A stretch of DNA of 64,000 bases from contig NCBI01000003.1 in assembly GCA_002255365.1 (NCBI GenBank), positions 71,495-135,494 on the forward strand, given 5' to 3'. Under the pieces are notes generated by a model. It ran no database searches. It was not told where the DNA came from and saw only the letters and a list, made by a program, of their open reading frames with translations. Source of the DNA: Chromatiales bacterium 21-64-14. Its GTDB lineage: Bacteria > Pseudomonadota > Gammaproteobacteria > 21-64-14. Positions within the stretch are counted from its first letter, which is position 1, and each line of letters starts with the position of its first letter. The translations under genes were made by a program, and so were the position numbers. Positions 28,192 to 36,311 of the stretch are shown in pieces.

Positions 28192-28650
28192 TCAGCGGAC
28201 CAGACGGGCCTGCCCGGGGCGCTGGCGTACCTCCATGGCCCGCGGTCCCTTGGCGGCCGCGCGGCGCACCATTGGATCCCCGTCTACCATCAGACGCTGG
28301 CGTTGGGCGTCGGTCAGGAGTGGATTGCGCGCGATGAAATAGCGGACGTTCGGATCCACGTCCTCCACACAGCACGCGACCTGCGCGGAAGTGAGGTCGT
28401 GACGCTTGGCAATGCACAGGCGGATTACATGGTCTGCATCCCCCAGCAGGGCCTCTACCTCCTGCGGACGCAGATCCACGCGGCGCGCGAAATAAACCCG
28501 CACGTGCATCCACTGCTCCTTGCGCAGGATCAACTCCCGGTAGCCATCGGGAAGATCTTCGCACAACGCGAGCCGCATACGTTCTTCTAGAGACAATGCC
28601 CGGTAGTGCCGCTCCAGTTCGGTTTTGGGTCGCTCGCGGGGATGGGTCAT
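28192..28650 (-). CDS. Hypothetical protein with LRV/HEAT-like repeats
   Basis: Repeated D-x-D/N-P-x-V-R-x-x-x-A motifs (DVDPNVRYFIARNPLLTD, DGDPMVRRAAAKGP). Composition is coding-like; the overlapping 216-aa ORF in another frame is R/P-rich junk. Confidence 0.5.
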   Translation of the reverse strand: MTHPRERPKTELERHYRALSLEERMRLALCEDLPDGYRELILRKEQWMHVRVYFARRVDLRPQEVEALLGDADHVIRLCIAKRHDLTSAQVACCVEDVDPNVRYFIARNPLLTDAQRQRLMVDGDPMVRRAAAKGPRAMEVRQRPGQARLVR

Positions 28651-28812
28651 GTGGGAAAGTGGCCAGGGCGGATTCCAGGACTGGGAAGTCTGCCCCCACG
28701 CGGCGCCGAATTCAAACCACTAGCCCCGCCTCGCAGGGCGCGGGTTCATGGTAGTGTGGAAACGCATGCGGTCCCGGGCCGGGGACCGCTCCAATGATTC
28801 CGGAGACTGCCG

Positions 28813-29121
28813 ATGTTCGTGGTAACCAATCGTGTGCCGGTGGCCAAGGAATGGTGGGAACGGTTCGAAGAGCGGTTTCGCAATCGCGCTGGACAGGTGG
28901 AAAAGCAGGTGGGATTCCTGAGCATGGAGATTCTCCGCCCGGTGAGCCCGGACACGCCCTATGTAGTACGCACTGTGTGGGAAGACCACGCGGCGTTCGA
29001 GGCCTGGATCCGCAGCGACGACTTCCAGGCCGCGCACCGCAACCCGCTGCCGAAGGAGGCCTACGCGGGCCAGGGCGGCCTGGAACAGCACGAGATCGTG
29101 ATCCAGGCCAGGAGGCCTTGA
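28813..29121 (+). CDS. ABM-family monooxygenase, IsdG/HmoB-like (possible heme-degrading)
   Basis: 102 aa. N-terminal MFVVTNRVPV...ERFEERFRNRAG, and W...AAFEAWIRSDDFQAAH near the C-terminus, closely mirroring the IsdG pattern (ENRL...ERFY.R.G...W.S..F..W..S..F..AH). Confidence 0.65.
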   Translation: MFVVTNRVPVAKEWWERFEERFRNRAGQVEKQVGFLSMEILRPVSPDTPYVVRTVWEDHAAFEAWIRSDDFQAAHRNPLPKEAYAGQGGLEQHEIVIQARRP

Positions 29122-29138
29122 GTCGCACCCGTACGCCC

Positions 29139-29342
29139 TCAGTAATGAGGTGGCGGCGGCTCCTCCGATGCAGGGGTCACTGGAGACGGCGCCAATTCCC
29201 GCACCAGCTCCATGAGCCGACCGTGTTGCGCCCGCAGCTGGTCGATCGCCTGCTGCTGCTCCACCACGACCCGGTTCAAAGTCTCCAGAACCGCCTCCTG
29301 GTGAGTCACACGGATCTCCAGGTCAATGACGCGTTTTTCCAT
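29139..29342 (-). CDS. slyX: SlyX-family protein
   Basis: Internal ATG gives a 67-aa coiled-coil protein MEKRVIDLEIRVTHQEAVLETLNRVVVEQQQAIDQLRAQ, typical of SlyX. The upstream part of the ORF is not SlyX-like. Confidence 0.7.
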   Translation of the reverse strand: MEKRVIDLEIRVTHQEAVLETLNRVVVEQQQAIDQLRAQHGRLMELVRELAPSPVTPASEEPPPPHY

Positions 29343-29432
29343 ACTGAACTCCCGGGCTGGCCCGCCACGCCGAAGGGCGCGGCAAACAGGGTGGTTATGG
29401 TATTCTGAACAGATCCCAGTCGGATTCCCTCC

Positions 29433-29639
29433 ATGCTCGATGACGAGAACGAAGACCTGCGACGCAAGCTGAGCGAATTGCAGACAGAACACCGTGACCT
29501 GGACGACGCCATCGCCCGTCTTTCGGGCGATCCGCTGGTGGATCAGCTACAGATGCGCCGCCTGAAGAAGCGCAAGCTGCTACTGAAGGATCTGATCGCC
29601 AAACTGCAGAGCAAACTGATCCCGGACCTGGATGCCTAG
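29433..29639 (+). CDS. YdcH/DUF465-family small protein
   Basis: 68 aa, LRRKLSELQTEHRDLDDAI...QLQMRRLKKRKLLLKDLIAKL, the DUF465 signature. Confidence 0.65.
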   Translation: MLDDENEDLRRKLSELQTEHRDLDDAIARLSGDPLVDQLQMRRLKKRKLLLKDLIAKLQSKLIPDLDA

Positions 29640-29796
29640 CCCGCGTTTCTCACCGGTGTTCCTTGCGAGGGCGCCGCGGCGCCACCCAAATCGAACGCAC
29701 CACGCGCCAAGCGCCGGCGGCGTAACCGGTACGCCCTCGCTGCGCATGGACCGGACGTGCTTCCCGGGACGCCGCTGGAAAATACCGGCCAGACCT

Positions 29797-30219
29797 CTAC
29801 TCGTCCCGCGGTACGCCGGCGCGAAGCCGCTTAGCGACACCGCGCCGGCGCTTTTCGTCCAACTGGCGACGCTTCGACCCGAGACTCTGCCGGGTGGCGA
29901 TACGTGGTGTCGGGCGCTCCGCGGCCCTGCGAATCCAGCTTACCAGCCGCTCCACGGCGTCCCGGCGGTTGCGCTCCTGGGTCCGGAACCGCCGCGCATC
30001 GATCACCAGGATTCCATCGTTATTGATGCGTTTGCCCGCAAGGCGGATGAGGCGTTCCCGCACCGGATCCGGCAGGGAGGCCGAGCGGGCCACGTCGAAA
30101 CGCAGTTGGACGGCGGTGGCGACCTTGTTGACGTTCTGCCCCCCGGGACCCGAGGCGCGGATAAACCGCGCCCTGATCTCGCGCTCGTCCAACTGCAGGT
30201 CGTCGGTAACGAAGATCAT
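29797..30219 (-). CDS. arfB: Alternative ribosome-rescue factor ArfB (YaeJ), peptidyl-tRNA hydrolase
   Basis: GGQ motif (ASGPGGQNVNKV) and a basic C-terminal tail. Start taken at MIFVTDD. Confidence 0.8.
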   Translation of the reverse strand: MIFVTDDLQLDEREIRARFIRASGPGGQNVNKVATAVQLRFDVARSASLPDPVRERLIRLAGKRINNDGILVIDARRFRTQERNRRDAVERLVSWIRRAAERPTPRIATRQSLGSKRRQLDEKRRRGVAKRLRAGVPRDE

Positions 30220-30338
30220 GGCGGAAGGGTACGCGCCGTTCAGCATCACCTCAAGCCCAAACCCGCGCCGCGATACGCCGGGTACCGGAGCGGCGGCTGC
30301 GCCACCGCTAACCCACGGGCTGCCCGTCCAGGCTTGGC

Positions 30339-30638
30339 ATGACCGGGCAGCCGGCCCCCTGGTACGTCTATATCGTGCAGTGCCGGGACGGTACCCTATA
30401 CACGGGTATTACTACGGATGTGACGCGACGGGTGGCGGAACACAACCACGGCGCACTCGGCGCCCGATACACTCGGGCGCGGCGTCCGGTGCATCTGATC
30501 TACCAGGAGCGCAGCGCATCCCGCGCGATGGCGGCGCGCCGCGAACATGCCATCCGGCGCCTGCCGGCCGCAGCAAAGCGGGCCCTGGGCGGCGAACCCG
30601 GCACCGCGGCGGGCCCGCTCCGACCCGGCGAGTCCTGA
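30339..30638 (+). CDS. GIY-YIG nuclease-superfamily protein (UPF0213/YhbQ-like)
   Basis: WYVYIVQCRDGTLYTGITTDVTRRVAEHN. GIY...YIG motif, 99 aa. Confidence 0.75.
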   Translation: MTGQPAPWYVYIVQCRDGTLYTGITTDVTRRVAEHNHGALGARYTRARRPVHLIYQERSASRAMAARREHAIRRLPAAAKRALGGEPGTAAGPLRPGES

Positions 30639-30650
30639 AACCTTGCCCCA

Positions 30651-31274
30651 TCAACAGGCGGCCGCGGCAACCTCTTGGGCGGCGCCGACAAGACGCTCCT
30701 TGGACACTGCGCCCGCCACGATCCGATCCCCGAACAGGTAGGTCGGTGTGTTCACGATGCCGAGCTGCAATGCCAGCCGACGGTTGCGTTGCAGCCGTTC
30801 CTCGTAGCGCGGGTCGGTCCAGGCGCGCCGCACCGTATCCGCCCCGACTTCGCAGGACGCCGCCAACTCCCGCAATTCCTCCTCGGCCCCGATATTGCGG
30901 CCCTCTGCGAAATAGGCCTCATAGAGCCGTCGATGTAACCGGTAGAAGACCGCACGGTCATCCTCCTTCGCCGCCTCCGACAGGAGCAGGGCCCGGTGGG
31001 AGTTGGTGGACACGGTCAGGTCCGCAAACCGCAGGCCCTCCTCCGCGGCCATGCGCGCGAGGCGCGTCATCTTGCGTTTCAGGAGTTCCGGCTCATAGGG
31101 CAAGGCCTCTGCCGGTATGGTAGCCGGGGAGTTCTCCGGGTGCACCTCCAGAAGACACCAGTTCACCCGCAGGTCGTAGGTCTCGCGCAGGGCGTCCAGA
31201 CGGGTCACGCCTACATAGCAGAACGGACAGATGTAGTCCACGAACACCGTCACCAGCAACGTCGGTTTGTCCAT
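30651..31274 (-). CDS. DsbA-family oxidoreductase (FrnE/HCCA-isomerase-like), cytoplasmic
   Basis: CPFC active site (DYICPFCYVG) and no signal peptide. Start taken at MDKPTLL; the ORF's upstream extension is R-rich. Confidence 0.75.
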   Translation of the reverse strand: MDKPTLLVTVFVDYICPFCYVGVTRLDALRETYDLRVNWCLLEVHPENSPATIPAEALPYEPELLKRKMTRLARMAAEEGLRFADLTVSTNSHRALLLSEAAKEDDRAVFYRLHRRLYEAYFAEGRNIGAEEELRELAASCEVGADTVRRAWTDPRYEERLQRNRRLALQLGIVNTPTYLFGDRIVAGAVSKERLVGAAQEVAAAAC

Positions 31275-31541
31275 GCCACGGCCCTTCCGCGAACGCCAGT
31301 CGCGCCCAAAGTATAGTCCGGATCGCCGACCACGGCCGCCACGCTCAGTAGCAGTCAGCAGGCCAGATAAAGAAGCGCGGAACTCCGGATCACGGCGGTG
31401 GCGGCGTGGAAACAGCGTTCCCCGGGCGGGACCGGCGCGGCTGCTTACTTGCCAGTCCAAGTCGCACGCCGTGATCTGTGGCCGCAAGCCATTCCCAGGC
31501 GCGGTGGTACGAGGGATCCCCGGGCAGCGGATCCGGCGCCG

Positions 31542-32537
31542 TCACGACCAGACCGGCGGTGGCTCGTCCATGAGCGCGGCCTGCTCACGCAGGGACAGGA
31601 TGTGCTCTTCCCAGTAGCGGCCACCGGCGAACCACGGGAACGCGCGGGGAAACGCCGGATCGTCCCAGCGCCGTCCAATCCAGGCCGCATAGTGGAGCAT
31701 CCGCAGGGTGCGCAGGGCCTCGATCAGGTGGAGTTCCCTGGGATCAAACGAATGAAATTCGGTGTAGCCCTCCATCAGGTCCGCGAGCCGCGCGGTCATG
31801 AACGCGCGATCCCCGGACAGGAACATCCACAGGTCCTGCACCGCGGGTCCGGTACGCGCGTCGTCGAAATCCACGATATGGGGGCCATCATCGGTCCACA
31901 GGATATTGCCCGGGTGGCAATCGCCATGCAGGCGGATCCGCGCCACCGCGCCGGCGCGCGCATAGCAGGCCCGGATCCGGACGATCAGGTCCTCCGCGAG
32001 GCTGCGGTAGGCCAACTCCAGGTCGTGCGGGATAAATCCACTCTCCAACAGGTATTGGTAGGACTCGACGCCGAAGTTCTCCACGTCCACCGACGGCCGG
32101 TGGCGATAGGGTTGCACGGCCCCAAGGCCGTGGATCCGGGCCACGAAGCGGCCGAGCTGCTCCAGCTGCCCCGGGTCTTCCAAGTCCGGGGCCCGGCCCC
32201 CGCGCCGCGGATAGAGGGCAAAGCGGAACGGCCCGTGACGGTGCAGCGTAACGCCCTCCGGATCCACGATGGGAGCGACTACCGGGATCTCCAACTCCGC
32301 CAGCTCCAGCGTAAAGCGGTGTTCCTCCAGGATCGCATCGTCGCTCCAGCGGCCGGGGCGGTAGAACTTCACCACCACCGGCACCGCGCCGTCGAGACCC
32401 ACCTGGTAGACCCGGTTTTCGTAGCTGTTGAGGGCGAGGAGGTGTCCGTCACAGGGATAGCCAGCCCCCTCCACCGCATCCAGGATCTGGTCCGGGCCGA
32501 GCTGGGCGTAGGGGGTCTTCTCATCGTCCTCGGTCAT
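31542..32537 (-). CDS. srkA: Stress-response Ser/Thr kinase SrkA (YihE/RdoA family)
   Basis: APH-like kinase fold with HGDCHPGNILW and IVDFDD motifs. Lies directly upstream of a DsbA-family gene, as in yihE-dsbA. Confidence 0.8.
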   Translation of the reverse strand: MTEDDEKTPYAQLGPDQILDAVEGAGYPCDGHLLALNSYENRVYQVGLDGAVPVVVKFYRPGRWSDDAILEEHRFTLELAELEIPVVAPIVDPEGVTLHRHGPFRFALYPRRGGRAPDLEDPGQLEQLGRFVARIHGLGAVQPYRHRPSVDVENFGVESYQYLLESGFIPHDLELAYRSLAEDLIVRIRACYARAGAVARIRLHGDCHPGNILWTDDGPHIVDFDDARTGPAVQDLWMFLSGDRAFMTARLADLMEGYTEFHSFDPRELHLIEALRTLRMLHYAAWIGRRWDDPAFPRAFPWFAGGRYWEEHILSLREQAALMDEPPPVWS

Positions 32538-32802
32538 GGCATTCCCGCGGCAGCCGTGGCGTAGCGCCCGGCCTCCCCCGCATTGTGGGCCATGGGCACC
32601 CGGTTAGCGATCCCCGCGGGCGCGGATGCCGGTCCCGCCGACGTTCCTCGACGCGCTCCCGTCGCGGCCGCTGACGCGCCGTCGTCGAGGAACGTCGGCG
32701 GAAAATTCGGGCCGGAGCCTGTCCAAGTAGCACGTGCGAACGCGACGCACGGCAGATCAAACCCGACTCCGATCCTTTGCGGCGCATAGGGGCACGGCGC
32801 GA

Positions 32803-32944
32803 TACCGATCAGGGCACTGATCGGCGCCACGATCCGGTCCCCTTCCGTCGCCGCCAGCGCACCGCCGGGCATGAGATCGGGCTGGACCTCCACCAGGAGC
32901 AGCACCGCGCGATCACGGTCGACTCGCACGTTCTCCATACCCAT
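32803..32944 (-). pseudogene. Possible 5' remnant of an isochorismatase/PncA-like gene
   Basis: MGMENVRVDRDRAVLLLVEVQPDLMPGGALAATEGDRIV resembles the N-terminus of nicotinamidase/cysteine-hydrolase proteins. Similarity is lost after about 45 aa, and no frame continues it. Confidence 0.3.
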
Positions 32945-33190
32945 GGTCCTGCCTCCCGGCCGCCACGGGCCACCGGTCCACGCTGCCGCAACCGCGGCCC
33001 GACCTGATCCTACCATCGTAACGCCACCCCGGCGCGGGTCTCAACCCGTGCCCACGGCAGGCCACCGGATTGCCCCCCGATCCGCGGCTCCGTACACTAT
33101 CGTGGAAATTGCCGCGGGAACTTCACAGGGACACGGCCGGACACCGGCGGGATACGGCGGCCACCACCACCCCAACGCAGAGGCGCACGA

Positions 33191-33904
33191 TTGGATCTGG
33201 TCATCGTTGCACGCCGGCTAGGCACCGAAGTGGCGAAACTGCGGTTCGCGGCACCGGTGACCCACGTATACAATCCGCTGGAATACGCTTGGCGTCCGCA
33301 CCAGGAGTACCTGCGCCGCTACGGCAGCGGGAGCCGTGAGGTGGTGCTGGTCGGGATGAATCCGGGACCCTGGGGCATGGCCCAGACCGGTGTCCCGTTC
33401 GGGGACGTGGAACTGGTGCGCGGATGGCTCGGCATCGAGGCCCCGGTGACCCAGCCGCGCAAATCGCACCCCAAGCGCCCGGTGACCGGCTTTGCCTGTC
33501 CGCGCGGCGAGGTGAGCGGGCGGCGCCTGTGGGGTTGGGCGCGTGACACCTTCGATACACCACGCCGGTTCTTCGCGCGATTCCTGGTAATCAACTACTG
33601 CCCGCTGTGCTTCATGGAAGACACCGGTCGCAACCGCACCCCGGACAAGTTGTCGGCCGCGGAGCGCGAACGGCTGTTCGCGGCCTGCGACGCCGCGCTG
33701 GTGGCAACCGTGCGTTGCCTGCGGCCGCGCCACGTCCTGGGGATCGGCCGCTTCGCGGAGGGCCGGATCCGCGCCGCCTTGGCGGATGCGGACATCCGGA
33801 TCGGTGCGGTCCCCCACCCCAGCCCGGCCAGTCCCAGCGCCAACCGGGGCTGGGCGCGCCAGATGGACGCCGCGCTGCAGCGGCTGGGCATCCAGCTGCC
33901 CTGA
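33191..33904 (+). CDS. SMUG-type (family 3) uracil-DNA glycosylase
   Basis: GMNPGPWG motif, characteristic of SMUG1 rather than the GEAPG of family 4. HPSPAS near the C-terminus. 237 aa. Confidence 0.65.
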   Translation: MDLVIVARRLGTEVAKLRFAAPVTHVYNPLEYAWRPHQEYLRRYGSGSREVVLVGMNPGPWGMAQTGVPFGDVELVRGWLGIEAPVTQPRKSHPKRPVTGFACPRGEVSGRRLWGWARDTFDTPRRFFARFLVINYCPLCFMEDTGRNRTPDKLSAAERERLFAACDAALVATVRCLRPRHVLGIGRFAEGRIRAALADADIRIGAVPHPSPASPSANRGWARQMDAALQRLGIQLP

Positions 33905-33936
33905 CGGTCCCAGCACGCCCGGATGGGCGCTCCCCG

Positions 33937-34524
33937 TCAGTGCGCCACGGGCCCCGTGGGCAATGACACGAACGCGCCAGCGAGCAGCCCAATCAATAAG
34001 TAAACCACCACCACCGCCATCACCACCACCACGGTATAGCCCAACGCCCGCTCGCGGGGCGCCCCCATCACCACCGGCAGTCCTAGGTACAGCAGGTACA
34101 AGCCGTACAGGCCGGCGGCGAGGGCGAGCACCGTCAGCACCGGCACCAATACGAACACGCTGGCCAACCAGCCCGGGGTGCTGACGTAGGCAGCCACCTT
34201 CAGCGCCTGAATGGGATCTTTGCGGCCGCCGAAGGTGGGCGCAAGGACATCCACCACCAGGGCGACCACGAATACCGCCGCCATGTTGAGCGCGAATGCC
34301 AGGACCGCTTGACCCACAGCCGACGGCAGCGGATAGCGCCCGCCCGCGTGCAGGTCGATGCCGAACATGGCAAGGCGAATCAGCAATGCCACCGGACCAA
34401 TGGCGGCCAGGGGAACGATATATTCCCGGTACAACCCCCGGATCGTGGCGGGTTCCTCCGCAATAACCTGCCACTCCTGGCGCGGTTGCAGCAGGATATT
34501 CCGGGCTCGGTCGGCGATCTTCAT
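33937..34524 (-). CDS. Yip1-family membrane protein
   Basis: N-terminal MKIADRARNILLQPRQEWQVIAEE and five hydrophobic helices, the Yip1/DUF1282 pattern. Confidence 0.65.
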   Translation of the reverse strand: MKIADRARNILLQPRQEWQVIAEEPATIRGLYREYIVPLAAIGPVALLIRLAMFGIDLHAGGRYPLPSAVGQAVLAFALNMAAVFVVALVVDVLAPTFGGRKDPIQALKVAAYVSTPGWLASVFVLVPVLTVLALAAGLYGLYLLYLGLPVVMGAPRERALGYTVVVVMAVVVVYLLIGLLAGAFVSLPTGPVAH

Positions 34525-34674
34525 GCATACCCCCCTGTTGCGCAACGCACCGGCCGCGGCCGGACCGGTTCATCTCCCGGCCGGCTTAGAGTACCATCGA
34601 AGCGCGCCGCGGACACACCGCCGCCGCGTGCCGATCCGCGCGCTCCGATCCACCTCACTGCCAGGGTAATCTCC

Positions 34675-35508
34675 TTGATCGACTCCGCCCATATCCTGCT
34701 CTTCGCCGTCATGCAGGGCGTCACCGAACTCTTTCCCATCAGCAGCCTCGGACATGGCGTACTGCTCACCACCCTCCTGCACTGGAATCTGAACCGGCAC
34801 AACCCGGACTTCCTGCCGTTCCTTGTAGTGCTGCATCTGGGGACCGCCGGCGCCTTGTTCCTGTTCTTCTGGCGCGACTGGATGCGGCTGTTCTCGGGGC
34901 TCGCGGACGCCCGGGGCCGGGCCACCAACCCCGAGGCGCGGCTGTTCTGGCTGCTGGTGGTAGCCACGATCCCCGCGGGCCTGTTGGGACTTGCGCTGGA
35001 AAAGAAGCTCCGGCTGTTGTTCTCCAACGTCACCGTGGTCGCGGTATTTCTCGCGCTGAATGGCTTGGTCCTGTTGGCCGGTGACCGACTCAAGCGCCGC
35101 GAGACCACCCAACGGCTGGACCACCTGTCCTGGGGCCAGGCACTGTTGATCGGCTGCGCCCAGTCCCTGGCGCTGATCCCGGGAATGTCGCGTTCCGGAG
35201 TCACCCTGGTGGCGGGGCTCGCCAATGGCCTGGACTACGGCGGATCCGCGCGCTTCTCGTTCCTGATGGCCACACCGATCATTGGGGCCGCGGGCCTGCT
35301 GGAGGTGCCGAAGCTGTTCGCGGCACGCGCCCATATGGACATCGGGCTGGTGTTCCTCGCCGGGCTGGTAGCCGGCGGGTTCGCCTACGCCAGCACCTGG
35401 GTACTGATGCGTTACTTCAACCGCAACGAGGTGCAGGCATTGCGCCCGTTCGCCTATTACTGCATGGCGGCGGGAGCCGGCGCGCTGTTCTGGCATCTGG
35501 GGCTCTGA
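34675..35508 (+). CDS. uppP: Undecaprenyl-diphosphate phosphatase UppP (BacA)
   Basis: VTELFPISSLGH and PGMSRSGVTL motifs. A TTG start at 34675 gives an N-terminus aligning with E. coli UppP; the alternative is the ATG at 34711. Confidence 0.85.
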   Translation: MIDSAHILLFAVMQGVTELFPISSLGHGVLLTTLLHWNLNRHNPDFLPFLVVLHLGTAGALFLFFWRDWMRLFSGLADARGRATNPEARLFWLLVVATIPAGLLGLALEKKLRLLFSNVTVVAVFLALNGLVLLAGDRLKRRETTQRLDHLSWGQALLIGCAQSLALIPGMSRSGVTLVAGLANGLDYGGSARFSFLMATPIIGAAGLLEVPKLFAARAHMDIGLVFLAGLVAGGFAYASTWVLMRYFNRNEVQALRPFAYYCMAAGAGALFWHLGL

Positions 35509-35676
35509 ATGGAAGTCACGCCAGCCGCGGACTACACAGACGCTGCGATACGGAATCTGGGGCAGGCCCTCCGATGCTCAGATTCCACTGCCCCAAAACG
35601 ACATTGGCCCACCGCAAGGCCGCACTGCACAGGCCACCACACAGGTCGACCTGTGCAGGGACCCGGGGGAACACCG

Positions 35677-36075
35677 TCAGAACATATTGAACAGATCGCC
35701 GACCACATCGCTCGCCACGGCGAACCCGGCTCCCATGCCCAACCCACTGGTAACATTGCCCCAGAAACCGCCGCCGGACATCGGAGACTGGCTCGCCCAG
35801 CCGCGTGGCTGCACCGTGGGATTCGGGTGAGACTGGAGTTGGCCCTCCAGTGTGCGGATGTACTCGGCCATCTGGTTCACCATCGTCACCACCGCCTGGT
35901 TCTGCTGCTGAACCGACATGGCGATCTCCCGCAGATCCATGGCCCATTCGCGCCCGGTGGTCTCATCGGGGGCCGCGGCACGCAACTTCTGGGCAAGGGT
36001 CTGCATGTTCTGGAGCGCGGTCTGGGACTGCTGCTCCACCTGCACGATCTGATTCTCTGCACTGGCGTAATCCAC
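35677..36075 (-). CDS. Hypothetical coiled-coil protein with a glycine-rich C-terminal tail
   Basis: GTG at 36075 with GGAG 5 nt upstream gives 132 aa. Gln-rich coiled coil (QIVQVEQQSQTALQNMQTLAQKL ... QQQNQAVVTMVNQMAEYIRTLEGQLQ), then SGGGFWGNVTSGLGMGAGFAVASDVVGDLFNMF. The upstream 70 aa of the 205-aa ORF are R-rich junk. Confidence 0.45.
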   Translation of the reverse strand: MDYASAENQIVQVEQQSQTALQNMQTLAQKLRAAAPDETTGREWAMDLREIAMSVQQQNQAVVTMVNQMAEYIRTLEGQLQSHPNPTVQPRGWASQSPMSGGGFWGNVTSGLGMGAGFAVASDVVGDLFNMF

Positions 36076-36311
36076 GGGATCTCCTCCTCCATCCGGCCCG
36101 AACGCCGGTTTCGCACTACTGAGACCATGGTCCCGGCGCCGGGTTCCCGGCACGGTGCCGGGGCGATCCAGGGTACGCCGGGATCGAGCTTGCTTCGGCC
36201 TCTCGATTATTCTCGGATCGAATTTCTTAATTGGCCTTCGGCCCGGGGTCGGCTTAGAGTATTGTTTGTGCCCGTCCCCGCCACCGCGCCCCACCCCCCG
36301 GACCCGTGCCT

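Noticed and set aside
33218-34573. 451-aa minus-strand ORF spanning the UDG, Yip1 and UppP region
   Set aside because: It crosses three independently supported genes on both strands. R/G/P-rich artefact.
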